The notes under the pieces are model-generated. The model ran no database searches. It was not told the origin of the DNA and saw only the letters and a program-made list of their open reading frames with translations. The position numbers and the translations under genes are program-made. Below, piece by piece: positions 18,904 to 31,626 of a stretch of 56,973 bases of DNA; positions within the stretch are counted from its first letter, which is position 1; each line of letters starts with the position of its first letter. The stretch is from Thermostichus sp. DRC_bins_24 (GTDB taxonomy: Bacteria; Cyanobacteriota; Cyanobacteriia; Thermostichales; Thermostichaceae). The stretch spans positions 1 to 56,973 of the forward strand of contig JAUQVK010000094.1 in the NCBI GenBank assembly GCA_039794845.1. The letters are read 5' to 3'.

Positions 18904-20136
18904 TCACTCCCAATCTTCATCCCTGAGGTTGTTTCGTCCAGAAGCGGCATAGTCACGGTATTGCTGCACAAACAGTTCCTGAATTTCGGATTCGGACAAC
19001 TGGATCCCTTCAATTTCGGCGCGAGCAATCGCTTTCATCACCTCAATATAGGCAAGGCCAATCGAGAGGGTGAGGGTGCCCGCTGTGGTGGCTTGGAGGA
19101 TGCCGCCCGCAATCGATCCCGCCCCGGGGATGAACTTGAGCAAGTTGGAAACAATTGCCCGCCCGGCCACCACCGCTCCGCCAATTCCGGCCAAAGCCCC
19201 CATTAGGGAATAATAAAAAGAAGGGGAAGCTTTGTAGCCAAAAATAAAGCTGACATTGGCGATCATGCCGATTTGTGCCGTCACCAACAGGGGCGCGTCG
19301 GCAAAAGGGATTGGCGTCGCCCCGATAAAGGCCGCACTGGCCACGTAGCCGGATACATACTTAAAAGCGGCCTGAGCTTTCAAATCCACCCGCAGCAGTT
19401 GTTGCCGAATAAAGGCAAGGCGGGCAACTTCTGGCAGCAGTTCCAATGTGCAGCCGATCAAGTGCTCCAGGCCGTGGGCGGGAATGGTGATGTGTCGGGT
19501 AATCGCTTTGTCGCGGGCCAAGAGGGGGACAATATAGCGCACCGGGAGGTTCTGGTGTTGTAGGTATTGCAAGAATTCGCTTTCTTCAGGAGCTTCTAGG
19601 TATTGGGTCAAAATTAAAATGACCGGCACATCTTTAAGCTCCAAAGTGCGCAACCAATCCAGCTCGGTGTCTTCCAGCCGGTTGGCCTCGTGATGAATGC
19701 AATACCAAATGATGTGGATATGATGTTCCGGAGGCTGCAGACGCAATTCATCAATACATTGGGCCACTTCCAGGCGGATCCCGGCATTTTGTTCGCCGGC
19801 CAATTCCATCCCCGGCGTATCGTAAATGGTGATCGGGCAATCCTGCTTGGAATACTTGCGAATGTGACGGGTCACGGGGCTACCGACGCCGGTGCGGGCC
19901 AATTCATCCTTAAAGACAGCATTCACCAAAGTGCTCTTGCCCACCCCTGTTTTGCCGATCACCATGACGTTGCAGTGGCCCATTTCTGCCTCCGCCTCCA
20001 ATAGGCTCTCTTTGAGTAGGTGACTGGCCCAATCCCAAGGTTGGGTGGAGTGGCCTTGGGCGCGAGCCACGGTTCGATGGGTGAGATGGATCAGCTTGTC
20101 AATCAGGGGCTGGCTTTCTGGATCAGTTGGGGGCAT
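18904..20136 (-). CDS. P-loop GTPase fused to DUF697-like membrane domain
   Basis: GKTGVGKST, DTPG and ATPIPFAD. ATG at 20136 has GGAG upstream. Confidence 0.85.
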   Translation of the reverse strand: MPPTDPESQPLIDKLIHLTHRTVARAQGHSTQPWDWASHLLKESLLEAEAEMGHCNVMVIGKTGVGKSTLVNAVFKDELARTGVGSPVTRHIRKYSKQDCPITIYDTPGMELAGEQNAGIRLEVAQCIDELRLQPPEHHIHIIWYCIHHEANRLEDTELDWLRTLELKDVPVILILTQYLEAPEESEFLQYLQHQNLPVRYIVPLLARDKAITRHITIPAHGLEHLIGCTLELLPEVARLAFIRQQLLRVDLKAQAAFKYVSGYVASAAFIGATPIPFADAPLLVTAQIGMIANVSFIFGYKASPSFYYSLMGALAGIGGAVVAGRAIVSNLLKFIPGAGSIAGGILQATTAGTLTLSIGLAYIEVMKAIARAEIEGIQLSESEIQELFVQQYRDYAASGRNNLRDEDWE

Positions 20137-20239
20137 TACTCTCCATTCCCAGGCCGGGATCCACAGGCGCATACCTCCAGTATGGATCTTGCAGATTACC
20201 CCTACCCAAAGGGATCCGACAGAAGCCCACCCCAGACCC

Positions 20240-22315
20240 TTAGGCCGCCAAGGTGTCTGTTCCCAACAGGGATCCCAGCTCACGAGGGGCCAAGGGGGGA
20301 TAAAAATGGGATCCCTGACCCGCTACACAGCCCAGGCGTTGCAGGTAGAGGGCCTGTTCGGAGGTTTCGATGCCGGGGGCCGTCACGGGTAAATCCAGGA
20401 TCTCGGCCAGGCGCAGGGCCGCCAACAGGGTTTTATCCGGTTCCAATTGATGGGGGCCGATCGGCTGTACTAAGGAGGCATCTAGGCGGATCCCCCGTAG
20501 CGGAAGAGTGCTGAGGCGTTGCAAACAGACATAGCCACTGCCGAATCGCTCCAGGATCAAAGCCACCTCCAGCAATTGCAGTTGATCCAGTTGCTGCTCC
20601 ACCAGGGAACTGGCCTCCATCAACATGGTTCCCGTTAGGCCCAGATGCAGCAAAGCTCCGGGGATCTGAAACTCTTGCAGATGACGATGCAACCGTTGGG
20701 CCAAATCGGGCTGGGCAAATTGCTGCGGGAGCAGGCTGAGGTGCAGAGGTAAATGGGCCATCCAAGGGAATTGGGCCCGCCACTGCTGCCACTGGTGTAG
20801 GGCGGTCTTGAGCAGCCAATCTCCCAACGGTACCGCCAATTCGGCCTCTTCGGCTACCCCAAGAAATTCCCGCCCGCTCAGCCAACCTCGCTCGGGGTGT
20901 TCCCAGTAGAGCAAGGCTTCGACCACTTGCCAATGGCCCGTGAACAAGTTCACCATCGGCTGATAACAGACCCGCAGTTGTTCTTGGTCTAGGGCACGCC
21001 GTAGCTCCTCTTCCCACTGGGCTCTGGCTTTGGCGTAGCGATGCAACAGCGGATCGAACACTTCGTACCGACCTGGCCCCTGCTGTTTGGCCCGGTACAT
21101 GGCGCTATCCGCCTGCCGCAGCAGTTGATCGGGATCCAACGCCTGGGATCCCGCCAGAGCAATGCCGATGCTGGCGCTGATCGTGATTTCGTGAGACTGA
21201 ATCTGGAACGGCACTTGCAAAGCTTGGTGAATGCGTTCCGCCACCCGGGTGGCATCGCTCACCTGCTGGATCCCTTCCAACAAAATGGCAAATTCGTCGC
21301 CGCCAAAACGGGCCAGGGTATCGATGGAGCGCACACAGGTTTCCAATCGTCGGGCCGTGCCCACCAACAGCTCATCGCCAGCGTGGTGGCCGAGGGTATC
21401 GTTCACCGCCTTAAATCGGTTCAAATCCAAAAACAACACGGCAAAACGCTCCCCAGGGATCCGCCGGGCCCGCTCCACCGCCCGCTGCAGTCGATCCATA
21501 AACAGGGCGCGGTTGGGCAGTTCCGTCAGAGCATCGTGTAGAGCACTGAGTAAACCGTGGGGGGATTGTCGCACCGTCAGATCCCGCAGCACCACAATCG
21601 ATCCTTTCGGTTGGCCGGTTTCGTCCCGCAAAGGAGCAATGCCATTGGCCACCGGCACTTCCGCCCCATCCCGCGCCAAGAGCAACACCGCTTCTCCGGA
21701 TCCCACCATCACTTGGCCCCGCAAGGCTTCCGCCCAGGGATCCGTCAGGGGCTGATGGGTACGAGCATCCACCATGCGCACAATTTCCGAGGCAGGCTTG
21801 CCCAAAGATTCCCCACGGCGCCAGCCGGTCAGAGCCTCCGCAACCGGGTTGATAAACGTAATTCGCCCCTGTAGATCCGTGGAGATAACGGCATCGCCAA
21901 CGCTGGTGAGGCTGGAGGCTAGCCACTGTTCCAGACTTTTGAGCTTGTTCTCGGCCCGATGCTTGTAGAGACAAAATTCGATCGCCGTACGCAGTGCTTG
22001 CGCATCGGTGGGATCCGACAGGTACAGGCCCGGCTCGATGCCCTGCCGCCGCAGCTGAGCTGCCGACGGCAACCCGGTGGCACCGGAATCAAAATAAACG
22101 ATCGGCCACCCTTGGGGCGGGATCCCAGCCCGATACCCCAGATCCCACAACACCAGCTCACTGTGGCCGGCCGCCATCGGCAACGGCAGGGAATCCCCTG
22201 TCTGTGCTACCCGCACCTGCAACCCAAACGAGCGCAACACCGGACACAGCTGCGAGGCCGTTTCCTGAGAAGTCACCAATAGCAGTTGCTCTGCTGCCAC
22301 AGGCACAATCACCAC
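20240..22315 (-). CDS. Pseudo-REC-PAS-GGDEF-EAL protein
   Basis: PAS (DAVISTDLQGRITFINP), RSID I-site with GGDEF, and a degenerate EAL domain. Confidence 0.92.
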   Translation of the reverse strand: MVIVPVAAEQLLLVTSQETASQLCPVLRSFGLQVRVAQTGDSLPLPMAAGHSELVLWDLGYRAGIPPQGWPIVYFDSGATGLPSAAQLRRQGIEPGLYLSDPTDAQALRTAIEFCLYKHRAENKLKSLEQWLASSLTSVGDAVISTDLQGRITFINPVAEALTGWRRGESLGKPASEIVRMVDARTHQPLTDPWAEALRGQVMVGSGEAVLLLARDGAEVPVANGIAPLRDETGQPKGSIVVLRDLTVRQSPHGLLSALHDALTELPNRALFMDRLQRAVERARRIPGERFAVLFLDLNRFKAVNDTLGHHAGDELLVGTARRLETCVRSIDTLARFGGDEFAILLEGIQQVSDATRVAERIHQALQVPFQIQSHEITISASIGIALAGSQALDPDQLLRQADSAMYRAKQQGPGRYEVFDPLLHRYAKARAQWEEELRRALDQEQLRVCYQPMVNLFTGHWQVVEALLYWEHPERGWLSGREFLGVAEEAELAVPLGDWLLKTALHQWQQWRAQFPWMAHLPLHLSLLPQQFAQPDLAQRLHRHLQEFQIPGALLHLGLTGTMLMEASSLVEQQLDQLQLLEVALILERFGSGYVCLQRLSTLPLRGIRLDASLVQPIGPHQLEPDKTLLAALRLAEILDLPVTAPGIETSEQALYLQRLGCVAGQGSHFYPPLAPRELGSLLGTDTLAA

Positions 22316-22654
22316 TTCACCTTGCCTTTATAATATGAAGCCGAGAAGCAAGGCCGCCAGTCTCCCCCTAGTTTAGAGTCGCGTCCCGCTCAAAGCCAAG
22401 GTTACACGCTACCGATAGAGTTGGGTTGGGTTCTTCACCGCATCTCAGTCTCTGTTTTTCCGCCACCGAGGGCGCATGAAGAAAACCTACATTCAACAGC
22501 AGCTCTTATTGACATCTATTCACAAGAGCAGTCTTTCTGTACTATGCTGAGACCTAGAGTGAAACCTAAAGTTGGCAGTAGGGGATCCCGGGCTCCCCTG
22601 GTGACCAAAGTTCCGTGCTCATGTTCGCTTACCTTCACCGGAGAACCTCGTGGT

Positions 22655-23218
22655 ATGTCTAGCGGTATGTCTAAAACTTCGACCTTGCGCCAGTCCTTCA
22701 GCAGCGTGCGGGACAACCCCATTTTGCTTGGCACCGAGGTGACCCAGCCAATATGCGAGGGCATGAACGCCCTTTTGGCCAGCTTCCAGGGCTTGTATCT
22801 GCAGTACCAGAAGCATCACTTTGTGGTGGAAGGCACCGAGTTTTATTCCCTGCACGAGTTTTTTAAAAATCATTATGAAGAGGTGAGCGATCACGTCCAT
22901 GAATTGGGGGAGCGCCTGGATGGACTCGGAGGTGTGCCGGTTGCCAGTTTTACCACCTTGGCCCAGCTCTGCTGCTTTACCCCTGAGCCCGATGGGGCCT
23001 TTGAGGCGCGGCAGATGCTGAGCAACGACTTGGCGGCGGAGCAAGCGATTATCGATCTGTTGCGGCGGCAGGCGGCCCAAGCAGAAAGTCTTGGCGATCG
23101 CGCCACCCGCTACCTCTACGAACAAATTTTGTTGAAAACCGAAGACCGGGCCTTTCACCTCAACCACTTCTTGGCCAACGACAGCCTGGTGCTTGGTTTG
23201 ATGAACGGCAGAGCCTAG
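22655..23218 (+). CDS. dpsA: Dps family ferritin-like DNA protection protein
   Basis: [22 protein letters not shown]...[13 protein letters not shown]. The ORF-track 5' extension is not protein-like. Confidence 0.92.
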   Translation: MSSGMSKTSTLRQSFSSVRDNPILLGTEVTQPICEGMNALLASFQGLYLQYQKHHFVVEGTEFYSLHEFFKNHYEEVSDHVHELGERLDGLGGVPVASFTTLAQLCCFTPEPDGAFEARQMLSNDLAAEQAIIDLLRRQAAQAESLGDRATRYLYEQILLKTEDRAFHLNHFLANDSLVLGLMNGRA

Positions 23219-23320
23219 CCCAATTGGTGAGAGGGAGGAGGCAGGTTCATTGAGCCTCTGGACCCACTAGGGCTAGGGGTTCGCGAAGTTTATCTGGCCC
23301 ACGTTTCTTTTTTTTGAGAG

Positions 23321-23340
23321 CTTATTGAGAATCATTTACT
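23321..23340 (+). promoter_or_regulatory. Possible Fur-family box
   Basis: ATTGAGAATCATTT resembles the Fur consensus and lies upstream of an Fe-S protein operon next to dps. Confidence 0.4.
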
Positions 23341-23380
23341 TTTTGTGTCTATCCGTATTTCCAAGCTGTTGATTCCAACC

Positions 23381-23659
23381 ATGAACCCTGTTTCTTTGCC
23401 CTCTGAGCGCAGCTATCGTTTGGACATTCCCTTTGGTGAGCGCTGGCGCATCTGTCGGCGGCTGCTGGAGCTGGGGATCCCGGCGGCCTGTACGGGGGAT
23501 GGTCGTTTGCAGGTAGAAGTTGGTACCCTGCTGGCGGCTCTGCAGGTGCGTAGCGTCATCCGTCAGCACACGGCGCGGCGGCAGGATCTGCTCCACAACC
23601 TAGAAGCCTGTTGGCAACTGAATACAGCCGCTGGGGGGCAAGATGAGCAAGTTTCCTAA
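23381..23659 (+). CDS. Asr1405/Asl0597-like small cyanobacterial protein
   Basis: ERWRICRRLLELGIPAAC...QVRSVIRQHTA.R..L...LE.CW; overlaps the next gene. Confidence 0.75.
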   Translation: MNPVSLPSERSYRLDIPFGERWRICRRLLELGIPAACTGDGRLQVEVGTLLAALQVRSVIRQHTARRQDLLHNLEACWQLNTAAGGQDEQVS

Positions 23660-24278
23660 ACAACGGATCCCTTTTGAGTCGGAAGGCCAGTTTTTGGGAT
23701 TTCTTCCCAATAAAGAGGGCAAGCTCAAATACCTGCGTTGGCAGGCGGGCTCGGAGATTTTTTCCGGCAAGATTCCCAAACCGCTGCGCTCGGCCCTTTA
23801 CCGCACCCTTAAGCCCGGGGATCCGGTGCAGATCTGCGGGGAACGGGAGGTGGATCTGCGCCAAGGGGAAGAAAAATGGGTGCTCTATCGGGTGCAGCCG
23901 GTTGGGGACAGAGCAGGTTCTTCACCTCCGGCAGGATTTTCCGCCCCTGCAGTCGGGTTGGATCCGGATCCTATGCCTAAAGCCAAAGGTGGTGTTAAGG
24001 GTAAGGTGTTGGTTTGCCAAAAATCCGATTGTTGCCGGCGGGGCGCTGGGGCGGTGATCCAAGCCCTGAACGCCCATTTGGCTGCCTATCCCGATTCGAT
24101 TCGTGTGCAGGGGGTGGGCTGCATGAAAGATTGCAAACACGGTCCCCATGTGGTCTTTATGCCGGATAAAGCTCGCTACAGCGGTGTTTCTGCCCAAGGG
24201 ATCCCGGCTTTGTTGGAGCGGCATTTCCCCCTTGCCTCACCGCAACCGCAGGAGGCTGAGACCCCTCTTTCTCTCTAA
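23643..24278 (+). CDS. Thioredoxin-like [2Fe-2S] ferredoxin domain protein
   Basis: VCQKSDC...GCMKDCKHGP. Confidence 0.85.
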   Translation: MSKFPKQRIPFESEGQFLGFLPNKEGKLKYLRWQAGSEIFSGKIPKPLRSALYRTLKPGDPVQICGEREVDLRQGEEKWVLYRVQPVGDRAGSSPPAGFSAPAVGLDPDPMPKAKGGVKGKVLVCQKSDCCRRGAGAVIQALNAHLAAYPDSIRVQGVGCMKDCKHGPHVVFMPDKARYSGVSAQGIPALLERHFPLASPQPQEAETPLSL

Positions 24279-24334
24279 GCTGGATGGCCGGCAAGCAGCG
24301 CCTAGAATATGGCTGGTGTTGCGCCGGGAGATTC

Positions 24335-25141
24335 ATGCAGGGACTCACAGGAAAAACGGTCTTGGTGACGGGGGCCAGTTCCGGAATTGGCCAGGCAATC
24401 GCCCTCCGCTTTGCCCAAGAGGGCTGCAATGTCGCCATCAACTATCGCAAAAGCCTCCAGGAAGCGGAAGACACCCAAACCGCCATCCTGGAAAAAGTAT
24501 GCACAGAGGTGGAGGCCTGCCATGTGCAGTCGCTGCTGGTGCAGGGGGATGTCTCCCAAGAAGAGGATGTGATCAACATGGTGGAGCGGGTGGTGCAGCG
24601 CTGGGGCCATCTGGATATTCTCGTCAACAATGCCGGGATCCAAACGGAACGGGCCGCCCACGAGATCAGCCTCGAGGAATATGACCGCATCCTCAATGTG
24701 AACTTGCGGGGTTCCTTTCTCTGTGCCCGAGAAGCCCTCAAGCATTTCCTCGAGCAGGGATCCGGCGTGATCATCAATGTCTCGAGCGTGCATGAGATCA
24801 TTCCCCGCCCCTTCTACCTCACCTACTCCCTCAGCAAGGGTGGCATGGGCAACCTCACCCGCAGCTTGGCCTTGGAATATGCGGGCCGCGGCATCCGCGT
24901 CAACGGCATTGCCCCCGGTGCCACCATCACTCCCATTAACGATGCCTGGGTACAGAACCCCGAGCAAAAAGCCGTGGTGGAAAGCCACATTCCCATGGGT
25001 CGGGCCGGTACTGCCGCAGAAATGGCTGCAGCTGCCGCCTTTTTGGCCTCCGATGAAGCTGCCTACATCACCGGACAAACCCTTTACATCGATGGCGGGC
25101 TCACCCTCTACGCCGATTTTCGAGAAGCTTGGTCTGCTTAG
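24335..25141 (+). CDS. Glucose 1-dehydrogenase-like SDR
   Basis: [17 protein letters not shown] and YSLSKGG. Confidence 0.9.
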   Translation: MQGLTGKTVLVTGASSGIGQAIALRFAQEGCNVAINYRKSLQEAEDTQTAILEKVCTEVEACHVQSLLVQGDVSQEEDVINMVERVVQRWGHLDILVNNAGIQTERAAHEISLEEYDRILNVNLRGSFLCAREALKHFLEQGSGVIINVSSVHEIIPRPFYLTYSLSKGGMGNLTRSLALEYAGRGIRVNGIAPGATITPINDAWVQNPEQKAVVESHIPMGRAGTAAEMAAAAAFLASDEAAYITGQTLYIDGGLTLYADFREAWSA

Positions 25142-25223
25142 GTTCAGCTCCAGACTCCAGCTCACTCAGGTTGGGTTCCACTCAGGATCCCAGCCAGCCG
25201 TTAAGAAAGGGATCCCAATCACC

Positions 25224-27923
<2,700 letters not shown>

Positions 27924-27964
27924 ACTTGTGGGGATCAAGGATTAGGGCACATCGAAGAATCCCG

Positions 27965-27988
27965 GCCTTATTGAGAATAGCGACGATA
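27965..27988 (+). repeat. 24-bp direct repeat, copy 1
   Basis: GCCTTATTGAGAATAGCGACGATA is 23/24 identical to 30355-30378. Confidence 0.75.
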
Positions 27989-28412
27989 GAATGGGGTTTC
28001 TGGCCTTATCTGATTTGCAACAAGGCAGTTAATCGAAGTGCCCATTCGGGCCCGAGCTACCCAATTCTCCCGGAAAACCCTCGCTCCATTACCCCAACGG
28101 CATCTTCTGGGATCATGGTTATCAGTGAAGTACCCGACGCTCATCCCGCTACGCGGGGGGCGGAGCACCACTGCTACGCAATAGAGCGCGGGCTTCTCTG
28201 ATCAACCGCGACTGCCAGGGTAGACTTACGTCTTCCTCCCTTTGGTCTTACGAGGAAGAGATATGGGCTAAGAGCCCTGGGCAGCCCGTATTATGCCCAA
28301 TGCTCCTGTATGTGATGATACGTTTGCTTTTATTAGATGAGCTTGCCCTGCTTCCAGAAGAAGTCATTTCTGATACCACTGGGAGCGTTACCAGCTCCTG
28401 ACTGAGCCTAGG

Positions 28413-30101
28413 CTATGAATCTCGATCTTTGCCCTTAAGCAGACCAATCCATTCCTCCACCTGCGCTGCCGCAATGGAACGACAACCCAATCCAAAAGCA
28501 AGGGCAATTGCCACAGCAATGGAGCCAAAGAGCAGTCCAAAGGCAAGATTAACAATGCTGAGGGCAATCCCCATTTGTTGCAGTGCCATTGCTCCCACAA
28601 ACGTCATGAGGGCAATGCGTGCCACCTGTCCCAAAAACCGGGCCTGAGTCCTTCCCGAACTGGCAAGGATGCGAAAGGCTAGGTTAGCAAAGTACAAGCC
28701 CACAGCCAAAATCAGAATTCCCAACAAGACGCGACCCAAAATCACCACCAGCCCACTGACAAACGCCGTGAAGGCAGGGATGTTCAGAACCTCCACTGCC
28801 GCAATTGCCCCAAAGAGAATGATACCCACCAAAACAACTATGCCGACAACCTCTGAAGGCTGTCGCCAAAGCTGGCGGGCGTCTGCAGGAGGTGTTTCCT
28901 CTGAGGTGATCTCAGAAGTAGCTGTCAGCCCCAACCAGACAAGAACTTGATCAAAGCCAGCGGTGCGCAGAAACCCCTGAACCGCTTCCGCCACGAAGCG
29001 ACCGATGGCATAGGACAAGATCAGAATAACTCCTGCCATACCCATTCGCGGCAATGCCGTCAGCACTTGGTTGAGCATCGCCGTTGCCGGTTCGCTGATG
29101 GCTGCAATTTGCAATGCATCAAGAGCAGCGATTGCCGTTGGAATCAGGATCAAAACATAAACAATTTCCCCAGCTATTGTTGCCAGGGATCCCCCTAAAC
29201 TAGTCTGTCCCATACCCAACTGCTGACCAATGCGCTGTGCCCCCATCGCCGTCATCAGGTTAATGACCAGCCCCCGCACAATACGGGCAATAAACCATCC
29301 CACAACTGCGATAACGCCGGCCTTGAGAATAAAGGGTAGCGCTCCCAGAAGATCGCTGAGGAGATTTTGCACCGGTTGCAGGGCCCCCTGAAGCTCGAGC
29401 ACGCTCAGAATCAAAGGCAAGAAAAAGAGAAGGATGAGCCAGTAAAGACCATTCCCCAGCATGTCACTCATAAGGATGGGTGGGGGGGCAGCCTCTCCAG
29501 AACCTTCTTCACCCTCTTTTTCACCATCTGATTGTTGCAGGGGGCGATCTAAATCTAATAACTTTGAGTTAAGGAAACGAGCAGATTGTACCGCCGTCGC
29601 TCTGGCAAGAGTGGCAACGGCCAAAGCCACTACAGCCAGAACAGCTGCTGCACCCAGTTTGGGAAGAAAACTAAAAATCTGGCTAAGAAAGACATTCAAG
29701 GGTTGAGAAGCGATTGTCAGGCGTAGGGCATCCAATGCGGCAACCACTGCCAACAAAAAGATCACCCAAAAGACAAAGCCTACAATAATTCCGGTAGCAG
29801 ATAGTTTGCTTAGAGGTTCATCCTTCTTACCCAAAATCCTTGACAAGCGTTGATCAAACTGAGCACGCTTGAGAAGAATTTGGGTTAATCTTGCCAAAGC
29901 TGTGGCAATAATCCAACCAACGATTAGGAGAACAACTGCAGTAACGATCTGAGTCAACAGCGACCATATATTATTGATGTTAAGGTCTAAACCTAACGGG
30001 TTCTGATTCGTCGCTTGGGGAATATCTTCCAATTGAGCAAACAGGAACTCCGCCTTGTCCAGTCGCTCCAGAGCAAGAAGATGCACGAATCTATCCTGCA
30101 T
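28413..30101 (-). CDS. CmpX-like TM-helix-repeat membrane protein (MscS-related N-terminal repeats)
   Basis: Repeated IVGWIIA/VVGWFIA units and a C-terminal IALAFGLGCR. Confidence 0.8.
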   Translation of the reverse strand: MQDRFVHLLALERLDKAEFLFAQLEDIPQATNQNPLGLDLNINNIWSLLTQIVTAVVLLIVGWIIATALARLTQILLKRAQFDQRLSRILGKKDEPLSKLSATGIIVGFVFWVIFLLAVVAALDALRLTIASQPLNVFLSQIFSFLPKLGAAAVLAVVALAVATLARATAVQSARFLNSKLLDLDRPLQQSDGEKEGEEGSGEAAPPPILMSDMLGNGLYWLILLFFLPLILSVLELQGALQPVQNLLSDLLGALPFILKAGVIAVVGWFIARIVRGLVINLMTAMGAQRIGQQLGMGQTSLGGSLATIAGEIVYVLILIPTAIAALDALQIAAISEPATAMLNQVLTALPRMGMAGVILILSYAIGRFVAEAVQGFLRTAGFDQVLVWLGLTATSEITSEETPPADARQLWRQPSEVVGIVVLVGIILFGAIAAVEVLNIPAFTAFVSGLVVILGRVLLGILILAVGLYFANLAFRILASSGRTQARFLGQVARIALMTFVGAMALQQMGIALSIVNLAFGLLFGSIAVAIALAFGLGCRSIAAAQVEEWIGLLKGKDRDS

Positions 30102-30354
30102 AACGGCAGCCTTCAGCTAAACTCAGAGTAAATTGGCTCAAATGCAAATGTAATCATATCCGATATATCCGAGGACTGTCTAAATATCAACGGAAATTAC
30201 TAATTTTTACAAGTTTTGATTTTTCAGAGCAAATGTCTGACAGAGTGAAAAGATATGGAAAGCCTATAGGGTAAGGATCAATCTTGGTATAGTAAAAAGT
30301 AGGCTCTTTATTGTCAACAAGGTCTACCCTAACGGGCACATTGAAAAAAACTAA

Positions 30355-30378
30355 GCCTTATTGAGAATAGCAACGATA
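30355..30378 (+). repeat. 24-bp direct repeat, copy 2
   Basis: GCCTTATTGAGAATAGCAACGATA; its final TA begins the MITE dimer. Confidence 0.75.
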
Positions 30379-30588
30379 CAGCCCTTACGCGGGTTTTCTA
30401 CGGCAGGGCTTGTGCTTCTTTAGCCCTGGGGGGTGGATCTCAACTTCCACGGTTGTTACATGTGACTAGCGCAAGGGCTGTACAGCCCTTGCGCGGGTTT
30501 TCTGCAGCAAGGATTGTGCTTCCTCAGCCTTCTGGAGAGCGGATCCTAACTCCCACAGTTGTTATACGTGACTAGCGAAAGGGCTGTA
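30377..30588 (-). mobile_element. Tandem dimer of short MITE (copies 3 and 4: 30377-30482 and 30481-30588)
   Basis: Each unit reads TACAGCCCTT...AAGGGCTGTA and the junction GGGCTG-TA-CAGCCC shares a single TA. Confidence 0.85.
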
Positions 30589-30749
30589 GGATGAGGACTC
30601 TAATCTTATCCGAACAGGGGTGTATCCCACTTTTGTCACCCCGTCAGAACCCAGAACCCCTTCTCCCTCCGCCTTCACCGGCCTTCGAGATAGGCTTTCC
30701 ACCCCTGGGCTTGTAGCTGGGTGTTTTGCTGCTGCAGCGATTGTTTTAA

Positions 30750-30915
30750 GTTGTTTTAAGCTTTCCCGGCAGGCAATCACCTGCTGGAGGAGGTCGGGAT
30801 CCGCGCTCGCCAAGATCTGCACCGCCAACAGCCCGGCATTTTGTCCATTGCCGATGGCAACGGTTGCCACCGGGATCCCTCGCGGCCTTTGCACAATTGA
30901 GTAGAGAGAATCCAC
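30750..30915 (-). pseudogene. purE: purE 3' fragment
   Basis: [34 protein letters not shown] is the PurE C-terminal third only, with the conserved Met changed to Arg. Confidence 0.85.
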
Positions 30916-31346
30916 TGGGGGATTTCATGGCTCAGATCCAAAGCCGTCATCACCGCTCCCAAGGCCCCAGAAGCCGCCCAAAGGGTGCCCAAGAAACTCA
31001 GAGACAACAAGCCCCGGTTTTGCCCAAAGCTGATATCACGCACGTAGCGATCCACCAGCCCCAGCGCCTCTTGGGGGGCGATCTGGCTCAACTGGCCCAT
31101 CAAGCGCTCAAAAGTCTGCTGGGAGGAGCCGGCAAACAACCCAACTGCCGTCAGCAGGGTGAGGATAAAAGGAAACAGGGCCAACATCGAGCTGTAGGCC
31201 ATTTCCGAAGCCAGACCGAACAGCCGGTAGCGCATGGCATTTTCACAGGCCAATCTCAGGGTCAACCCCACCAACTCTTGCTTTGGGAGCAGCTCCAGCC
31301 ACCGCTTCGGGATCCGCAATTTTCCTAATCGATCGATCAGCCTCAT
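30916..31346 (-). pseudogene. YihY/BrkB family 5' half, truncated
   Basis: LASEMAYSSMLALFPF...LWAASG...MTALD, which then runs into the purE fragment. Confidence 0.8.
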
Positions 31347-31359
31347 GGCTCTGGCCCAC

Positions 31360-31554
31360 ACACGTTTTGAGCTTAGTAACCTGATCGTGGCGGTGCGGCG
31401 GGCGGATGGAACGGCGATTTCTCGCCCGGATCGGGAACTGGTGTTGCAAGCGGGGGAGCGGGTGGTGGTGTTGGGGTATCGGGATGACATCCCCCAGTTG
31501 GTGTAGCGGTATGGCCGGCGACGGGAGCTGAAATATCGGGGGGCACAAAGTTAA
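31360..31554 (+). pseudogene. TrkA-C (RCK_C) C-terminal fragment of a K+ channel protein
   Basis: LIVAVRRADG...LQAGERVVVLGY.DDIPQL, an in-frame TAG at 31504, then RYGRRRELKYRGAQS*. Confidence 0.7.
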
Positions 31555-31626
31555 GCCGGCCTGCCGTGAGGGATCCGACCTGGCCGGATTAAGATCAAGG
31601 GCTAGGCCCCAACAGAGGAACCGTCC

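Noticed and set aside
22421..22654. N-terminal extension of Dps
   Set aside because: TTG start, no family similarity, and the region looks like promoter sequence.
24777..25223. 149-aa N-terminal extension of the glucosidase (1048-aa ORF)
   Set aside because: It overlaps the SDR gene out of frame; family similarity begins at ATG 25224.
30562..30915. Functional purE gene
   Set aside because: It lacks the N-terminal GSxSD/SAHR motifs and its tail runs into non-homologous and MITE sequence.
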